Below are positions 9,433-20,203 of a stretch of 64,000 nucleotides of DNA, piece by piece (within the stretch, counting starts at the first letter, position 1; every line of letters begins with the position of its first letter). The DNA is from an uncultured bacterium (GTDB taxonomy: Bacteria; Babelota; Babeliae; Babelales; Vermiphilaceae). The DNA lies in the NCBI GenBank assembly GCA_963695335.1, contig OY968764.1, positions 864,001-928,000 of the forward strand, in the 5' to 3' direction. The notes under the pieces are model-generated. The model worked only from the letters and a program-made list of their open reading frames with translations, was not told the DNA's origin and did not search any database. Both the position numbers and the translations under genes were made by a program.

Positions 9433-10745
9433 CAGGGCGATCGCATTTAAAACCCTGGATTTATAAGGGTATCCAAAATAAAATTAGGGTCACTATTTCC
9501 TCTTCGTAATTTATTTCCCAAGCTGAAATCTGAGGTTTTTCTGGTTAAAAGTGAATTAACGAAGGCACTGAGAAAATTAAAATTTTGAGCCCCATGGCCT
9601 TTTCTTAAGCTTCTTTGATCATCGTTAAAATTGACATCAAGACTTCTGTGAAGATGGTTTTCGATGCTCCAATGGGCACGAATATAACCCAAGATACGTT
9701 CGGGATCTGCTGGTAGGCTGCTGATAAAAAGACGTATATTATTTGCATTTCTTCTTTTACCTTCAACCTTTGATTCTATAAGAGTTATTGATTTTAGATT
9801 GGTCCATTCTTTCTTTTGATAGATCCAATCAATATATTCGGTTGAATAGCACCTTCGGATTTCTTTTCTACCATGCTTATAATCGATAGTTTCATGATAT
9901 TTATATGCAATTTCTTCATGTTCACCTTGTGCGAGTGTACGTAAAAAAAGGTCAATATCTTCGTAAAGTAAACGATTATTCAGTTTAACTGGCAAGATAT
10001 AATCACCGCCTCGTGCGATAATTTTTTTTACAAATGCTTTTCTTGTACCCATCGCATCAATAGTGATTACTTTTCCCTTTAAATTTAGCGTATCTAATAC
10101 GCGATTCATACCGGTTAATTCATTATTGCCATCTGGAACACGTGCTTGCTCAAGAACTATTTTTGATGAAGGACTGAATGCATTTATTAACGTAAACGGA
10201 TTGTTTGAAGACCAAGCTTCTATGACTTTGCCATCAATTGCGATATGGTCGCTATTATCATGCAGTGCAACTTCGAGCCAAAGCACTAACCAATCTTTTA
10301 ATTCTTTTGGATTTAAAAGTAAAAAGACACGATGGAAGGTATCATGTGATGGAATACCATTTGGAAGCCATATTTTATCATGTAACCATTCTTCATGATC
10401 ATGTGCAAATCTCACCACATGTACCCAGTTTTGTGCACCGGAAAATATAGCTAAAATTGCAATCAAAAGTATTACGACAAGTTCATGTTTTTTACATCGA
10501 TCAATTCTTGGATCAGTGACTTCTTCTAAGCATGCTATAAGATTTGCCAAATGGTCGTAGTTATGCCATATTTCATGCAGTATGATGCTCATTAAAAATC
10601 TCCTTTTTCAAGTGGGACGTTTTTTTTGAGCATCATACTTTTTTTATTTTGTTCCGTCTTTATCCTCCAGCCTCCAATACAAATAGTGTATCAAGTGAAT
10701 TTCGAAATTTCCGTTAAAATCAGAGTTTTAAATGCGATCGCCCTG
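9433..10745 (-). mobile_element. ISAs1-family insertion sequence, complete
   Basis: 25-bp terminal inverted repeats cagggcgatcgcatttaaaac(c/t)ctg with 1 mismatch; 9-bp target duplication gcttatttg at 9424-9432 and 10746-10754. Confidence 0.93.
9447..10592 (-). CDS. ISAs1-family DDE transposase
   Basis: DPR, GIPSHDTF.RVF, IAIDGK, TIDAMG, HGR.E.R, R.HW.IEN.LH motifs. Confidence 0.95.
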   Translation of the reverse strand: MSIILHEIWHNYDHLANLIACLEEVTDPRIDRCKKHELVVILLIAILAIFSGAQNWVHVVRFAHDHEEWLHDKIWLPNGIPSHDTFHRVFLLLNPKELKDWLVLWLEVALHDNSDHIAIDGKVIEAWSSNNPFTLINAFSPSSKIVLEQARVPDGNNELTGMNRVLDTLNLKGKVITIDAMGTRKAFVKKIIARGGDYILPVKLNNRLLYEDIDLFLRTLAQGEHEEIAYKYHETIDYKHGRKEIRRCYSTEYIDWIYQKKEWTNLKSITLIESKVEGKRRNANNIRLFISSLPADPERILGYIRAHWSIENHLHRSLDVNFNDDQRSLRKGHGAQNFNFLSAFVNSLLTRKTSDFSLGNKLRRGNSDPNFILDTLINPGF

Positions 10746-10869
10746 GCTTATTTGGAAAAAAATTATGAAAAATTGCACATTCTTGCTACTAGTGCTTATA
10801 TTATTGCATAATTGAATATGTACAAAAGGGTGGCTTTGTTCAAAAATAGGTAAATAAAGGGAGGGAGAG

Positions 10870-11682
10870 ATGAAAAAATATATAATTATAGCTTTTTTGT
10901 GTACGCATTTTTGTTTTACAGGTGATATAAATAAATCAACAACGTATCTAGGTTTATGTACAGAATTTTGGGATTTTGATAAACCAGTTCCATCTGTTCA
11001 AGAATATAAATTTTTTCGAAAATATGTAGCAAACTCTTCTGGACCAATTTTAGAGCCAATGTGTGGTTCTGGTCGTTATATTATTCCGCTTTTAGAAGAA
11101 GGATTTAATGTAGAGGGTTTTGATGCTTCACCATTTATGTTTGAAGCAATGCGTAAAAAATGTGCAGCAAAAAATTTATCCCCACATATTTGGGAAAAGT
11201 ATTTAGAGCAATTTCCAGAAACAAAACAATATAATCTTATTTTTATTCCTGATACATCGTTTTGTCATTTTTTAACGCGAGCAGATATAAAAAACGCTTT
11301 ACAGAAAATTTATTCTTTACTGTTACCTAAAGGTATTTTTGTTTTTGACCTTCAAACTATTTATGAACAGTTAGAACATATTGGTGTTTGGACAGGAAAA
11401 GTGTTTAGAAAGAATGATACTACAACGATTGTTGAAAATAGGCTTATTTTGCCAAGAGAAAATTCGGTGGTACCTGTAATGTTGAGGTATGAATTAGTTG
11501 AAAATGGTTTACTTGCCAGAACAGAAATGGAATATTATCGGATTAAATTGTTTCATCCAACAGAAATAGATGATTTATTAAAAGAAGTTGGTTTTTCAAA
11601 AATCAAAAAAATAAAAGCACATCAGCATGGACACGCGCCATCTTCTCATGATGATATGATTGTGTATGAATGTACAAAATAG
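10870..11682 (+). CDS. Class I SAM-dependent methyltransferase with signal-like N-terminus
   Basis: ILEPMCGSGR and GFDAS motifs. Confidence 0.85.
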   Translation: MKKYIIIAFLCTHFCFTGDINKSTTYLGLCTEFWDFDKPVPSVQEYKFFRKYVANSSGPILEPMCGSGRYIIPLLEEGFNVEGFDASPFMFEAMRKKCAAKNLSPHIWEKYLEQFPETKQYNLIFIPDTSFCHFLTRADIKNALQKIYSLLLPKGIFVFDLQTIYEQLEHIGVWTGKVFRKNDTTTIVENRLILPRENSVVPVMLRYELVENGLLARTEMEYYRIKLFHPTEIDDLLKEVGFSKIKKIKAHQHGHAPSSHDDMIVYECTK

Positions 11683-11689
11683 AAATAAG

Positions 11690-11722
11690 AAAAGGCTGAG
11701 CAAAAACTCAGCCTCTTTTTTT
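11690..11722. terminator. Bidirectional terminator between convergent genes
   Basis: ggctgag-caaaaa-ctcagcc flanked by A/T tracts. Confidence 0.7.
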
Positions 11723-11748
11723 CATTTAAATGATTAATGCGATACGCA

Positions 11749-13641
11749 TTAATCAAAAGATACTCCACCTTTAATAAACACTGCCCATTCAGAAAGTGCA
11801 CAGCTGATACCATTATTACAAGAACCATCATTATTAGAATCATTGCTGTGATTGCCAAATTCAGCATCAAAACCAATGCCAAGATATGGGATCCAATCTT
11901 CACGGTCTATCCATGTGTAACTAAAGTGACTAAATATTTTGTTAGATGATCCGCGTGTTTCTGCACCTTCTATATTTAAATCAGTGATGCTAATGAATAC
12001 TGGTTGAATAGATGTGTTAATTTGAGGACCATCGATATTAGTAGCATGAATAATAGCAGAACCAAAGCCATCGCCTGTTTGAGCAAGTTGTGCATTGTCA
12101 ACGGCAAGGTTGGTGATTGCAGGCATATCAGCTGTTGCTTTTGGAATATTGGTACCTTGATAGATTGTTGCACCAATTCCTGATGTTGATGTGCCACCCA
12201 TTTCTGTACCAGATAATGGAACATTAGTAACACCACTTCCAGGAGTGCCTATTTGAGCAAAACCAAATGTTTGCGCATCACCTTTTAATGCCCAAGTGTT
12301 TTCAGGGAATGCTGGAGAATTGTCACAATCTTTTAAAGTTATATGTTCATGAGATACTCCCCAGTAGTTGTATCCAATATCCCATGAAAAACCACGATAT
12401 GTGTAATTGAGCATGGCAACAATATCACCTTGTACTCCAACACTGACGTTAACATTACGAGTACTGAAATTTGCTACTGGAGAGTATTCTGAGTTGAACT
12501 GTGATGTTGCCTGTGTAATAGTACCATCTGCATTACCAAAAAGATTTGGTGGTGTAGGTTTGAGATTCATTTTTTCTGCAAGCATATAACGGCTGTTTGG
12601 TTTACCAATAAGATCAAATGATCTTTGTTGTGATGCATTAAACAAGTGAGTTACATCCGCTTCAAAAATAAAATCAAGATGTTGTTCATCATCTTGACTG
12701 CGCCACATTGTCCAATGTGCGCTTAATCCTATACCAAGTTCCCAATGTTTACCATTACCCACGTATGGTTCAAAAAGAAATTCAGCGTGAGGACGGTTGC
12801 CGGTAGGAGCAGCTGCTTGGACATTGAAACCAACATGATAATCTTCATGGAGATAATTCCATCCAAATTCACCACGTAAGTCAGCAAATCCAGTAAGGCT
12901 GTGTTGGCAATTGGTTATTTTTGATTTGAGTAAAGGGTCAACGGTAATTCCTGGAACAATGACGGTTGTATTTCCGCTGAAAAATGCAAGTGCTGAAGGG
13001 AGTAATGTGTTTGCAGGGACTTCATTTGCACTGAAAAATCCTGGAGCATAACCAACTGTTCCTGGTGCTATGTTTGTTTCACATGGGTTAAGACTTGTTT
13101 TGTTATTAACAACGGGGCCATAGATTCTGAAGTACATTCCTTTTACCCATTCATCAAGGCCAACATAGAGGTAAAAATCTACCAGAAAATCATGGAGCTT
13201 AGGTTCAAAACTTATGCTACTTTTGAAATCACGGGGAAGATAGAAATTTTCTGCCATCCATTCAAACGGAGATCGATTGGGAACTAACGAACCGGAAATA
13301 ATAAGAGATTCACTACAACCATTGCTGCAATCATTTGTTGCAGGACTGTTAATTAAACTTGCGCCAAAAAAACATTCTGCAATATCGTTGCCATTAAATG
13401 TTTGATCATATTGTGGTGTTATATTAAATGTGCCATAAAATGATTCCATATCATGAAGATATACATGATGGCTTGTGGTGCCTACTAATTTACGTGGTAC
13501 GTTTCTACTTTGTGAACGCCATTGTACAAATGGTACTGTGCGCAATTCTGTGTTTGGGGATGAGCCGCAATCTGCTTGTAATCCTATGGTGTATGCAGTT
13601 GCTGCGAATAATAATAATTTTTGTGAAATTCGTCTCTTCAT
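11749..13641 (-). CDS. Putative outer-membrane barrel-like protein, paralog 3 of 5
   Basis: Start moved to MKRRISQKLLL (RBS-like ggag upstream); family motifs; C-terminus WAVFIKGGVSFD. Confidence 0.8.
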   Translation of the reverse strand: MKRRISQKLLLFAATAYTIGLQADCGSSPNTELRTVPFVQWRSQSRNVPRKLVGTTSHHVYLHDMESFYGTFNITPQYDQTFNGNDIAECFFGASLINSPATNDCSNGCSESLIISGSLVPNRSPFEWMAENFYLPRDFKSSISFEPKLHDFLVDFYLYVGLDEWVKGMYFRIYGPVVNNKTSLNPCETNIAPGTVGYAPGFFSANEVPANTLLPSALAFFSGNTTVIVPGITVDPLLKSKITNCQHSLTGFADLRGEFGWNYLHEDYHVGFNVQAAAPTGNRPHAEFLFEPYVGNGKHWELGIGLSAHWTMWRSQDDEQHLDFIFEADVTHLFNASQQRSFDLIGKPNSRYMLAEKMNLKPTPPNLFGNADGTITQATSQFNSEYSPVANFSTRNVNVSVGVQGDIVAMLNYTYRGFSWDIGYNYWGVSHEHITLKDCDNSPAFPENTWALKGDAQTFGFAQIGTPGSGVTNVPLSGTEMGGTSTSGIGATIYQGTNIPKATADMPAITNLAVDNAQLAQTGDGFGSAIIHATNIDGPQINTSIQPVFISITDLNIEGAETRGSSNKIFSHFSYTWIDREDWIPYLGIGFDAEFGNHSNDSNNDGSCNNGISCALSEWAVFIKGGVSFD

Positions 13642-13757
13642 ACTCTTCTTCTCCTTGAAGGTGATACATATATTTACGTGCCTTAATATAGTACGTTTGC
13701 ATGATGTTTGTAAAGAAGAAAGCATCAACACGCTCTTTCTTTAATGTGGGTTATAGC

Positions 13758-13789
13758 AAAAAGACCTAGCATTTAAGCTAGGCCTTTTT
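13758..13789 (-). terminator. Rho-independent terminator after paralog 4
   Basis: aaaaagacctagc-atttaa-gctaggcctttt. Confidence 0.7.
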
Positions 13790-13856
13790 GAGTATTCGTT
13801 TTTTGTTTGCTTTGTTAAGGTAAATTACTTAACACAACAATAATGAGTATCCGTTA

Positions 13857-15911
13857 TTAGTGGAATGATACCCCACCTTTAACTTCAACACCCCATTGAG
13901 TGAGTGCACATTTTTTACAGCTATTGCAACCGCTACCGCTATTATTATTTGTTGTTACTGTTGTTACAGTTGTGTTGTTGCTGCAATCATCACCGCCACC
14001 ACAATGGTCGCCAAATTCAGCACTGAAACCTGCTCCTAAGTATGGAACCCATCTGTCAGAGCAATCTCTCCATGTGTAGTTGAAGTGAGTGAACACTTTG
14101 TTAGAAAGTCCGCGTTGTTTAGCACCTTCTATATCAAGATCATCGATAGATATAAATACTGGTGGATTAGAAGTTTGGATTGGTGTTGATGTTGCTCCTG
14201 TTGCATCAAATACAAATAAAGGAGTAGGTGTTGGAGGAGTTGTTGCTACATCATTATATACAGCAGGAATGTGGCTATCTACACCAAGGTTAGTTAATGG
14301 ATTACCCACTGGAGTTGCTGCGTTTGCTGCAGTAGCATTAGTACCAGTAAAGATTGTTGCTCCACTTTCTGTTGCACCAAGACCTAAAACAAATCCAGTA
14401 CCATTAGAAGGATTATAACCTACTACACTTGCATCACCTTTAAGCGCCATGTTTGTAGGGAATGGAGTGATTATAGCTGCGCTGCTGCAAGAATTGTTGT
14501 TGCTGCAGTCGTTGTTGCAATCAAGGCTGATTTTTGAACATGACATGCCCCAGAAGTTATATCCAAGATCCCATGAGAATCCGCGGTGTGTATAGTTGAA
14601 CATTGCAACTACGTCACCTTGTACACCAAAGCCAACTTTTACTTCACGAGTACTGAAGTTTGCAACTGGCATGTATACACCTGCTGTAACATTAGGGGCT
14701 GCAAAAGTGGAAGTATTAGGAATAAGTTGTGCATCTGCAGCAGGAGTTCCGAGTTGTTCAGCAAGCATATAACGGCTGAGTGGTTTACCTTTAAGATCAA
14801 AGGTCATTTTTTGTTTTGCTTTGAATAAGTGAGTTATATCAGCTTCAACGATAAAGTTGAATGATCTATCTCCGTCTTCACTTTCCCACATTTTCCAAGC
14901 TCCACCGATACCACCACCAAGTTCCCAATGTCTACCGTTACCAACATATGCTGGTAATAGGAATTCAGCATTTGGACGAGTACCTGTTGGAGCTGCTGCT
15001 TGGATGTTGATTAAGAAACGATATTTATCTGCAATATAGTTCCATCCAAATTCACCACGTAATTCAGCAAATCCTGTTTTGTGGTGTGAGTCACCATTAC
15101 AGCTGTTGCTGCAGTTGTTGTTATTGTTGTTGTTGAGGTTGCAATCAGAGAATTTTGCAAAGTTAAGTGGTTGTATAGTCACAGCTTCATTAGCATATTT
15201 TGGAAGTTGACATCCGCCAAAGAAGTTAAGTGCGCTTTGGAAAAGTGATGAGTTTGGAACAGCGGTTGCGATGTCAAAATAACCTTGTGGATATGATCCA
15301 GCTGCAGTTCCTTGACTGATTATATTTTCATCTGCACGTAAGCTTGATTTGTTCCAAACAACTGGTCCGTATAGTCTGAAGTAAAGACCATTAACCCATC
15401 TATCAAGCCCAACGAACAAGTTGAAATCAACGATAACGCTTTGAACTTTTGGGCTGAAGGAAATAGCACTTTTGAAATCACGTGGAAGGAGGAAGTTTTC
15501 TGCCATTAATTCAGTTGCAGCTCTTCCTGTTCCAAGACCGTTTGCACCAAGACCAGAGATGATGATAGCACTGCTATTGCAGCTATTGCTGCAATTGTTG
15601 TTTGTTGTTACCGGTGAGTTTACTAAGGTATCACCAAAAAGGCATTGTGCTATTTGGTGGCCTCTGAATGTTTGATCGTATTCTATATCGATGTTGAATG
15701 TGCCGTAACGTTCATCCATGTCGCCTTGGTAAACTGCATAGCTCGTTGTACCTTCGAGTTTACGAGCCATGTTTCTACCTTGTGAACGCCATTGAATGAA
15801 TGGAATAACGCAATTGCTACCGTTATTATTGTTGCTACAGCAGTCAGCGAGTGCGACTGTTGCCGTGCTACCAAGCACGAGTAATGAAAACAATTTTGAA
15901 TATTGTTTCAT
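13857..15911 (-). CDS. Cys/Asn-rich putative major outer-membrane barrel-like protein, paralog 4 of 5
   Basis: Start MKQYSK after an aggag RBS; many C-S/N-N-rich loops; C-terminus WGVEVKGGVSFH; own terminator. Confidence 0.8.
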   Translation of the reverse strand: MKQYSKLFSLLVLGSTATVALADCCSNNNNGSNCVIPFIQWRSQGRNMARKLEGTTSYAVYQGDMDERYGTFNIDIEYDQTFRGHQIAQCLFGDTLVNSPVTTNNNCSNSCNSSAIIISGLGANGLGTGRAATELMAENFLLPRDFKSAISFSPKVQSVIVDFNLFVGLDRWVNGLYFRLYGPVVWNKSSLRADENIISQGTAAGSYPQGYFDIATAVPNSSLFQSALNFFGGCQLPKYANEAVTIQPLNFAKFSDCNLNNNNNNNCSNSCNGDSHHKTGFAELRGEFGWNYIADKYRFLINIQAAAPTGTRPNAEFLLPAYVGNGRHWELGGGIGGAWKMWESEDGDRSFNFIVEADITHLFKAKQKMTFDLKGKPLSRYMLAEQLGTPAADAQLIPNTSTFAAPNVTAGVYMPVANFSTREVKVGFGVQGDVVAMFNYTHRGFSWDLGYNFWGMSCSKISLDCNNDCSNNNSCSSAAIITPFPTNMALKGDASVVGYNPSNGTGFVLGLGATESGATIFTGTNATAANAATPVGNPLTNLGVDSHIPAVYNDVATTPPTPTPLFVFDATGATSTPIQTSNPPVFISIDDLDIEGAKQRGLSNKVFTHFNYTWRDCSDRWVPYLGAGFSAEFGDHCGGGDDCSNNTTVTTVTTNNNSGSGCNSCKKCALTQWGVEVKGGVSFH

Positions 15912-16258
15912 AATTAAACTCCTTTTACTCATTACTTAATCGAGATATTTTTAGGACATCTTGAGCGAATATTATTTTTCTGTGTGTGATCTCTCCTTTC
16001 TTTGAATTACATTATTTATTTTTTTATTCAATCATATTTTTGTATCACTGTACAATATAGTATTGTGAGATCTAAGTTGTAAAGAAAAATTATAAGAAAT
16101 TATGCTGTGGAACGACTTTTACAGTTTTAAAAATGGCTAAAACCCTTTGTTTACTAGGTTATTTTTATAAAATTTTTTATATTTCACCATGGGGTGGATC
16201 TTTCATGAAGGTAGTAAAAGTACATTTTTTTTATAAAATTTTTTAAAGGAGTTTTACA

Positions 16259-18703
16259 ATGAATATATTTTTTTTAGATAAAAACAGGTTGATTTGGTTG
16301 GTGGGAGCTACTTTTTATGGAGGAATTATTATTTTTTTAATAATTTCTCTTTTTTCGTATAGTCCAACTGATAGTTGTTTGCTTTATATTTCGAGTGCGG
16401 GAAACACTGTTTCTAATTGTGGTGGCTCCCTTGGCGCGCATCTTGCTGCGCTTTTGTTTTATTTTTTTGGAGGAGCATCATTTTTATTACTTATTCCATT
16501 GCTTGTTCTTGGATTGATTGTTTTTACCAAAAAAACATTGCGTGGTAATTGGGAGCGCTTGTGTGCTGCTGTATATATAATGTGTGTTGGGGCTGCATTA
16601 CTTACTACGTATGGTATGGATGTTGCAGTCAGTCCTTATCCTGGTGGATTGATAGGATTGCGGTTTGCGCAAATGTTATTACACTATTTTGATACTATTG
16701 GACGAATTCTTTTTTTATATGGCAGTCTGTGCGCGAGTGTGATTATTGTTTGCCGTTGGTCATTTATGTTTGCAGTACAATATGGCATTGGTGTAGCACA
16801 TCATATATATGTGTTAATGAAAAAATATCGGGTGGTTAGTAAAACCGTATATGCTTTTGGAGTGTGCGTACGTGCATTGTTTGTGCGTCTTCCTATTATA
16901 GTAGTGCAATTTATTATGTCTTTATTAAATGGAACAGCCTTTCATGAAACGGGGTTAATGCATCCTGAAGATGAAGTGAGTGATAACGCTATTGAAGATT
17001 TTGGTTCTACTCAGTTTGGTTGGGGTGAAGAATGTCATTTTACTGAGCAGCAAAAGAGTGATGAAGTTAATTATGTTGTTGTGTCATTGCAACAGCATGA
17101 AAGTTTTGGTGTTTTAAAGTTGCCTGTCACATCGGCTATATTATCATTGTCGCAAAAGAAATCTGCTACAGTATCACATGTGCATCATAAAACTGTTTCT
17201 GTTTCAATTCCATTGCCTACCCAAGTAATAGAAAAGTTAAAATCAATATCGTCACTCAAAAAACAAGCTCCTCAATACGCATTGCCGCACATGGATATTT
17301 TTATTGCAGAAAAACATGTAGAAGATCACAACGTTGAAAAAGAGTTACAAGAGCGTGCACAAGTTCTTGAAGATAAATTAAAACGGTTTGGCGTTAATGG
17401 GCAAGTGGTTGCTATTAAGCGGGGGCCTGTTGTAACCGTGTTTGAGTATCAGCCTGATATTGATACAAAATTAAGTAAAATTATTGTTCTTGAAGATGAT
17501 CTTGCTATGGCACTGCAAGCAATGAGTATTCGTATTATTGCACCAATTCCAGGAAGATCAGTTGTGGGCTTTGAAGTTTCTAATACAACACGTCATGATG
17601 TTCTTTTTTCGCAAATTACACGATCGTCAGCGTACACACAATTTTCAGGTAATTTACCACTTGTGCTTGGTAAAGATACCATTGGTGATGCAGTGATAGT
17701 TGATTTAGCACGTATGCCACATTTATTAATTGCAGGTTCAACAGGGTCAGGAAAATCAGTAGCGCTTAATGCTGTACTGATAAGTTTATTGTGTAAGTTA
17801 AGTCCTGATGAACTGAAACTTATTTTAATAGATCCCAAACGTTTAGAGTTTGCAGCGTTTACTGATATTGCTCATTTACTGTTTCCGATTGTCACGAGCC
17901 CTGTGTATGCAGCTCCTGTTTTAAGATGGGTGGTGCAAGAGATGGAAGATCGTTATGAAAAGATGGCGGAATGTGGGGCTCGTAATATAAATGATTATAA
18001 CGCACGCACCCTTCAACAAGTTTCCTCCTACGCCAAGGCTACGGAGGACAGGCAGGGCGAGCGGAAAGAGATTGATCCTATGCCATATATTGTTGTAGTT
18101 ATTGATGAGTTAGCAGATTTAATGCTTACTGCAGGACGTGATATTGAAGATTTGATTACCCGTATTACACAGATGGCGCGTGCGGCAGGAATTCATATGA
18201 TTGTTGCAACTCAGCGGCCTTCAGTGGATGTTATCACCGGGCTTATTAAAGCTAATTTCCCAAGTAGGATATCATTCAGAGTTGCATCACGTATTGATTC
18301 ACGCACTATTTTAGATACTGTAGGAGCTGACCGTTTACTTGGTCGAGGAGATATGCTTTTTCTTGATGCGGCAACATCACAATTAAGACGCGTGCACGGT
18401 GCATATGTTTCTGATAAAGAGATTGAACAGGTTGCTGATCATATTAGAGCACAAAGAAAAGTTGAATATCTTGATATGCAACAAGTAACTGTGTTGCAGG
18501 GGCAAGATGCAGGAACAATAGACGATGTGCTCTATAAAGATGTACGAGAATTTTTGGGTGATATAGATGAGGTGTCCATTTCTCTTTTGCAGCGAAAATT
18601 CAGAATTGGATATAATAGATCAGCGCGGATTATTGAAATGTTAGAAGCGCAGGGGTTGATTATGCCGCAAGATGGAAGTAAAACACGAAAAGTAATACGT
18701 TAA
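16259..18703 (+). CDS. ftsK: DNA translocase FtsK
   Basis: N-terminal TM domain; PHLLIAGSTGSGKS, IDELADLM, ATQRPSVDVITG, gamma domain SISLLQRKFRIGYNRSARII. Confidence 0.97.
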   Translation: MNIFFLDKNRLIWLVGATFYGGIIIFLIISLFSYSPTDSCLLYISSAGNTVSNCGGSLGAHLAALLFYFFGGASFLLLIPLLVLGLIVFTKKTLRGNWERLCAAVYIMCVGAALLTTYGMDVAVSPYPGGLIGLRFAQMLLHYFDTIGRILFLYGSLCASVIIVCRWSFMFAVQYGIGVAHHIYVLMKKYRVVSKTVYAFGVCVRALFVRLPIIVVQFIMSLLNGTAFHETGLMHPEDEVSDNAIEDFGSTQFGWGEECHFTEQQKSDEVNYVVVSLQQHESFGVLKLPVTSAILSLSQKKSATVSHVHHKTVSVSIPLPTQVIEKLKSISSLKKQAPQYALPHMDIFIAEKHVEDHNVEKELQERAQVLEDKLKRFGVNGQVVAIKRGPVVTVFEYQPDIDTKLSKIIVLEDDLAMALQAMSIRIIAPIPGRSVVGFEVSNTTRHDVLFSQITRSSAYTQFSGNLPLVLGKDTIGDAVIVDLARMPHLLIAGSTGSGKSVALNAVLISLLCKLSPDELKLILIDPKRLEFAAFTDIAHLLFPIVTSPVYAAPVLRWVVQEMEDRYEKMAECGARNINDYNARTLQQVSSYAKATEDRQGERKEIDPMPYIVVVIDELADLMLTAGRDIEDLITRITQMARAAGIHMIVATQRPSVDVITGLIKANFPSRISFRVASRIDSRTILDTVGADRLLGRGDMLFLDAATSQLRRVHGAYVSDKEIEQVADHIRAQRKVEYLDMQQVTVLQGQDAGTIDDVLYKDVREFLGDIDEVSISLLQRKFRIGYNRSARIIEMLEAQGLIMPQDGSKTRKVIR
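18005..18064. repeat. Nested repeat (family C inside family A), in frame in the ftsK motor domain
   Basis: cgcacccttcaacaagtt-[30-bp family C unit]-cagggcgagcgg; 60 bp. Confidence 0.88.
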
Positions 18704-18785
18704 TAAAATTGATGGACCCTGCTTGACAAATGTACAAAAAAAAGAGATCTTAGTCCCATTGAAATGACGTGAAATTGGGGTTAAA

Positions 18786-20189
18786 GTGGAGATTTTATCA
18801 ATGCGATTTGACAACGTTTTTGTAGCTCAGATATTGCCTGATACGGTGATTGTATCTGGGCATTTTCCAGAAAATGCAACGTTTTCTATTGATTCACGCT
18901 CGATACAAGAGGGTGATATTTTTGTTGCTATAAAAGGTATAGCTTTTGACGGACATGATTTTCTTGTACAAGCATTTCAAAAAGGTGCAGCGGGAGCAAT
19001 TGTCGCTGAATCAAAAAAAGATAGTTTAAAAAAAATAAAAGATATTGATAGCAAGTTTATTCTTCTGGTTAAAGATCCTGTTGAGGCGTTTATTAAACTT
19101 GCATCAGCATGGCGTTCACAATTTAGTTATCCAGTGATTGCAATTACTGGATCGGTGGGTAAAACATCTACAAAAGAGATGCTGGCGCAAATTATGGCAT
19201 ATGCAGGGAAAAAATATATTGTTTCTCACGGGAATCAAAACACCAGAATTGGTCTTGCGCTGAATATGTTTCGTATGAGAGCTGATCATGAATTGGCTAT
19301 TTTTGAATTGGGTATCAGTAAGCGTGGGGAAATGGCTGAGCTCGCTCATTTATTACGTCCAACATCGGCTGTCATCACTAATATTGGTCATCAACACATG
19401 GATGGTTTGGGATCTTTGAATGACATTGCGCTTGAAAAGCGTGATGTTTTTAAATATTTCATTGAAAATAGTATTGGGATTATTAATGGTGATCAGCCTA
19501 TTCTTGCCCATGTTTCTTATCAGCATCCCGTTATTAAGTTTGGATCAAAAACAACCAATCAGGTGCAAGCGAGAAAAATGAGAGTGTCCGGATCGCATAT
19601 TAGTTTTATATTGAAAATATATAAAAATAAGTATTCGGTTGTATTTAATCATCCGCATGTGGGCGCTGTTTTTAATGTATTAACTGCAACGGCAGCGGCG
19701 CATTGGCTTGGCATTTCTGATGACATTATTATTAATGCAATACAAAAACCATGTGTTGTTGCGGGGCGCTTTGAAGAACGTCAGGTTAATGATAATCGTG
19801 GTATTTTAATTAATGATTGTTATAATGCCAATCCAGAAAGCATGAAGGCTGCATTGCTTGCGTTTCAACAAATAGAGACAAAGTCACCAAAAATTGCTAT
19901 TCTTGGTGATATGTTGGGATTGGGAGTGAATAGCCCATTTTGGCATAGACAAGTAGGACGATTCTTACGTAAAGTACCTTCTTTGAATAAAGTAATTTTG
20001 GTAGGCAATTTGGTTACATGGGTGAAAAAAACAGCTCCTGTAGGTTTGCGTGTTGAGATTGTTGGAACATGGCAAGAAGCAATGAGTAAAATTGAAAGTG
20101 AGCTTGTTGCAAAACCTACCATTTTAGTAAAAGGTTCTCGTGCGATTGGTCTTGATAATTTGGTTTCTAGGTTAACAACACATATATAA
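18786..20189 (+). CDS. murF: UDP-N-acetylmuramoyl-tripeptide--D-Ala-D-Ala ligase
   Basis: IDSR, AITGSVGKTSTKE, NDCYNANPESM, LVKGSR. Confidence 0.95.
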   Translation: MEILSMRFDNVFVAQILPDTVIVSGHFPENATFSIDSRSIQEGDIFVAIKGIAFDGHDFLVQAFQKGAAGAIVAESKKDSLKKIKDIDSKFILLVKDPVEAFIKLASAWRSQFSYPVIAITGSVGKTSTKEMLAQIMAYAGKKYIVSHGNQNTRIGLALNMFRMRADHELAIFELGISKRGEMAELAHLLRPTSAVITNIGHQHMDGLGSLNDIALEKRDVFKYFIENSIGIINGDQPILAHVSYQHPVIKFGSKTTNQVQARKMRVSGSHISFILKIYKNKYSVVFNHPHVGAVFNVLTATAAAHWLGISDDIIINAIQKPCVVAGRFEERQVNDNRGILINDCYNANPESMKAALLAFQQIETKSPKIAILGDMLGLGVNSPFWHRQVGRFLRKVPSLNKVILVGNLVTWVKKTAPVGLRVEIVGTWQEAMSKIESELVAKPTILVKGSRAIGLDNLVSRLTTHI

Positions 20190-20203
20190 TTAAAGAAGTT
20201 CGA

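Noticed and set aside
4667..15911. Diversity-generating retroelement or cassette switching among the barrel paralogs
   Set aside because: No reverse transcriptase and no near-identical template/variable repeat pair visible; paralogs diverge throughout.
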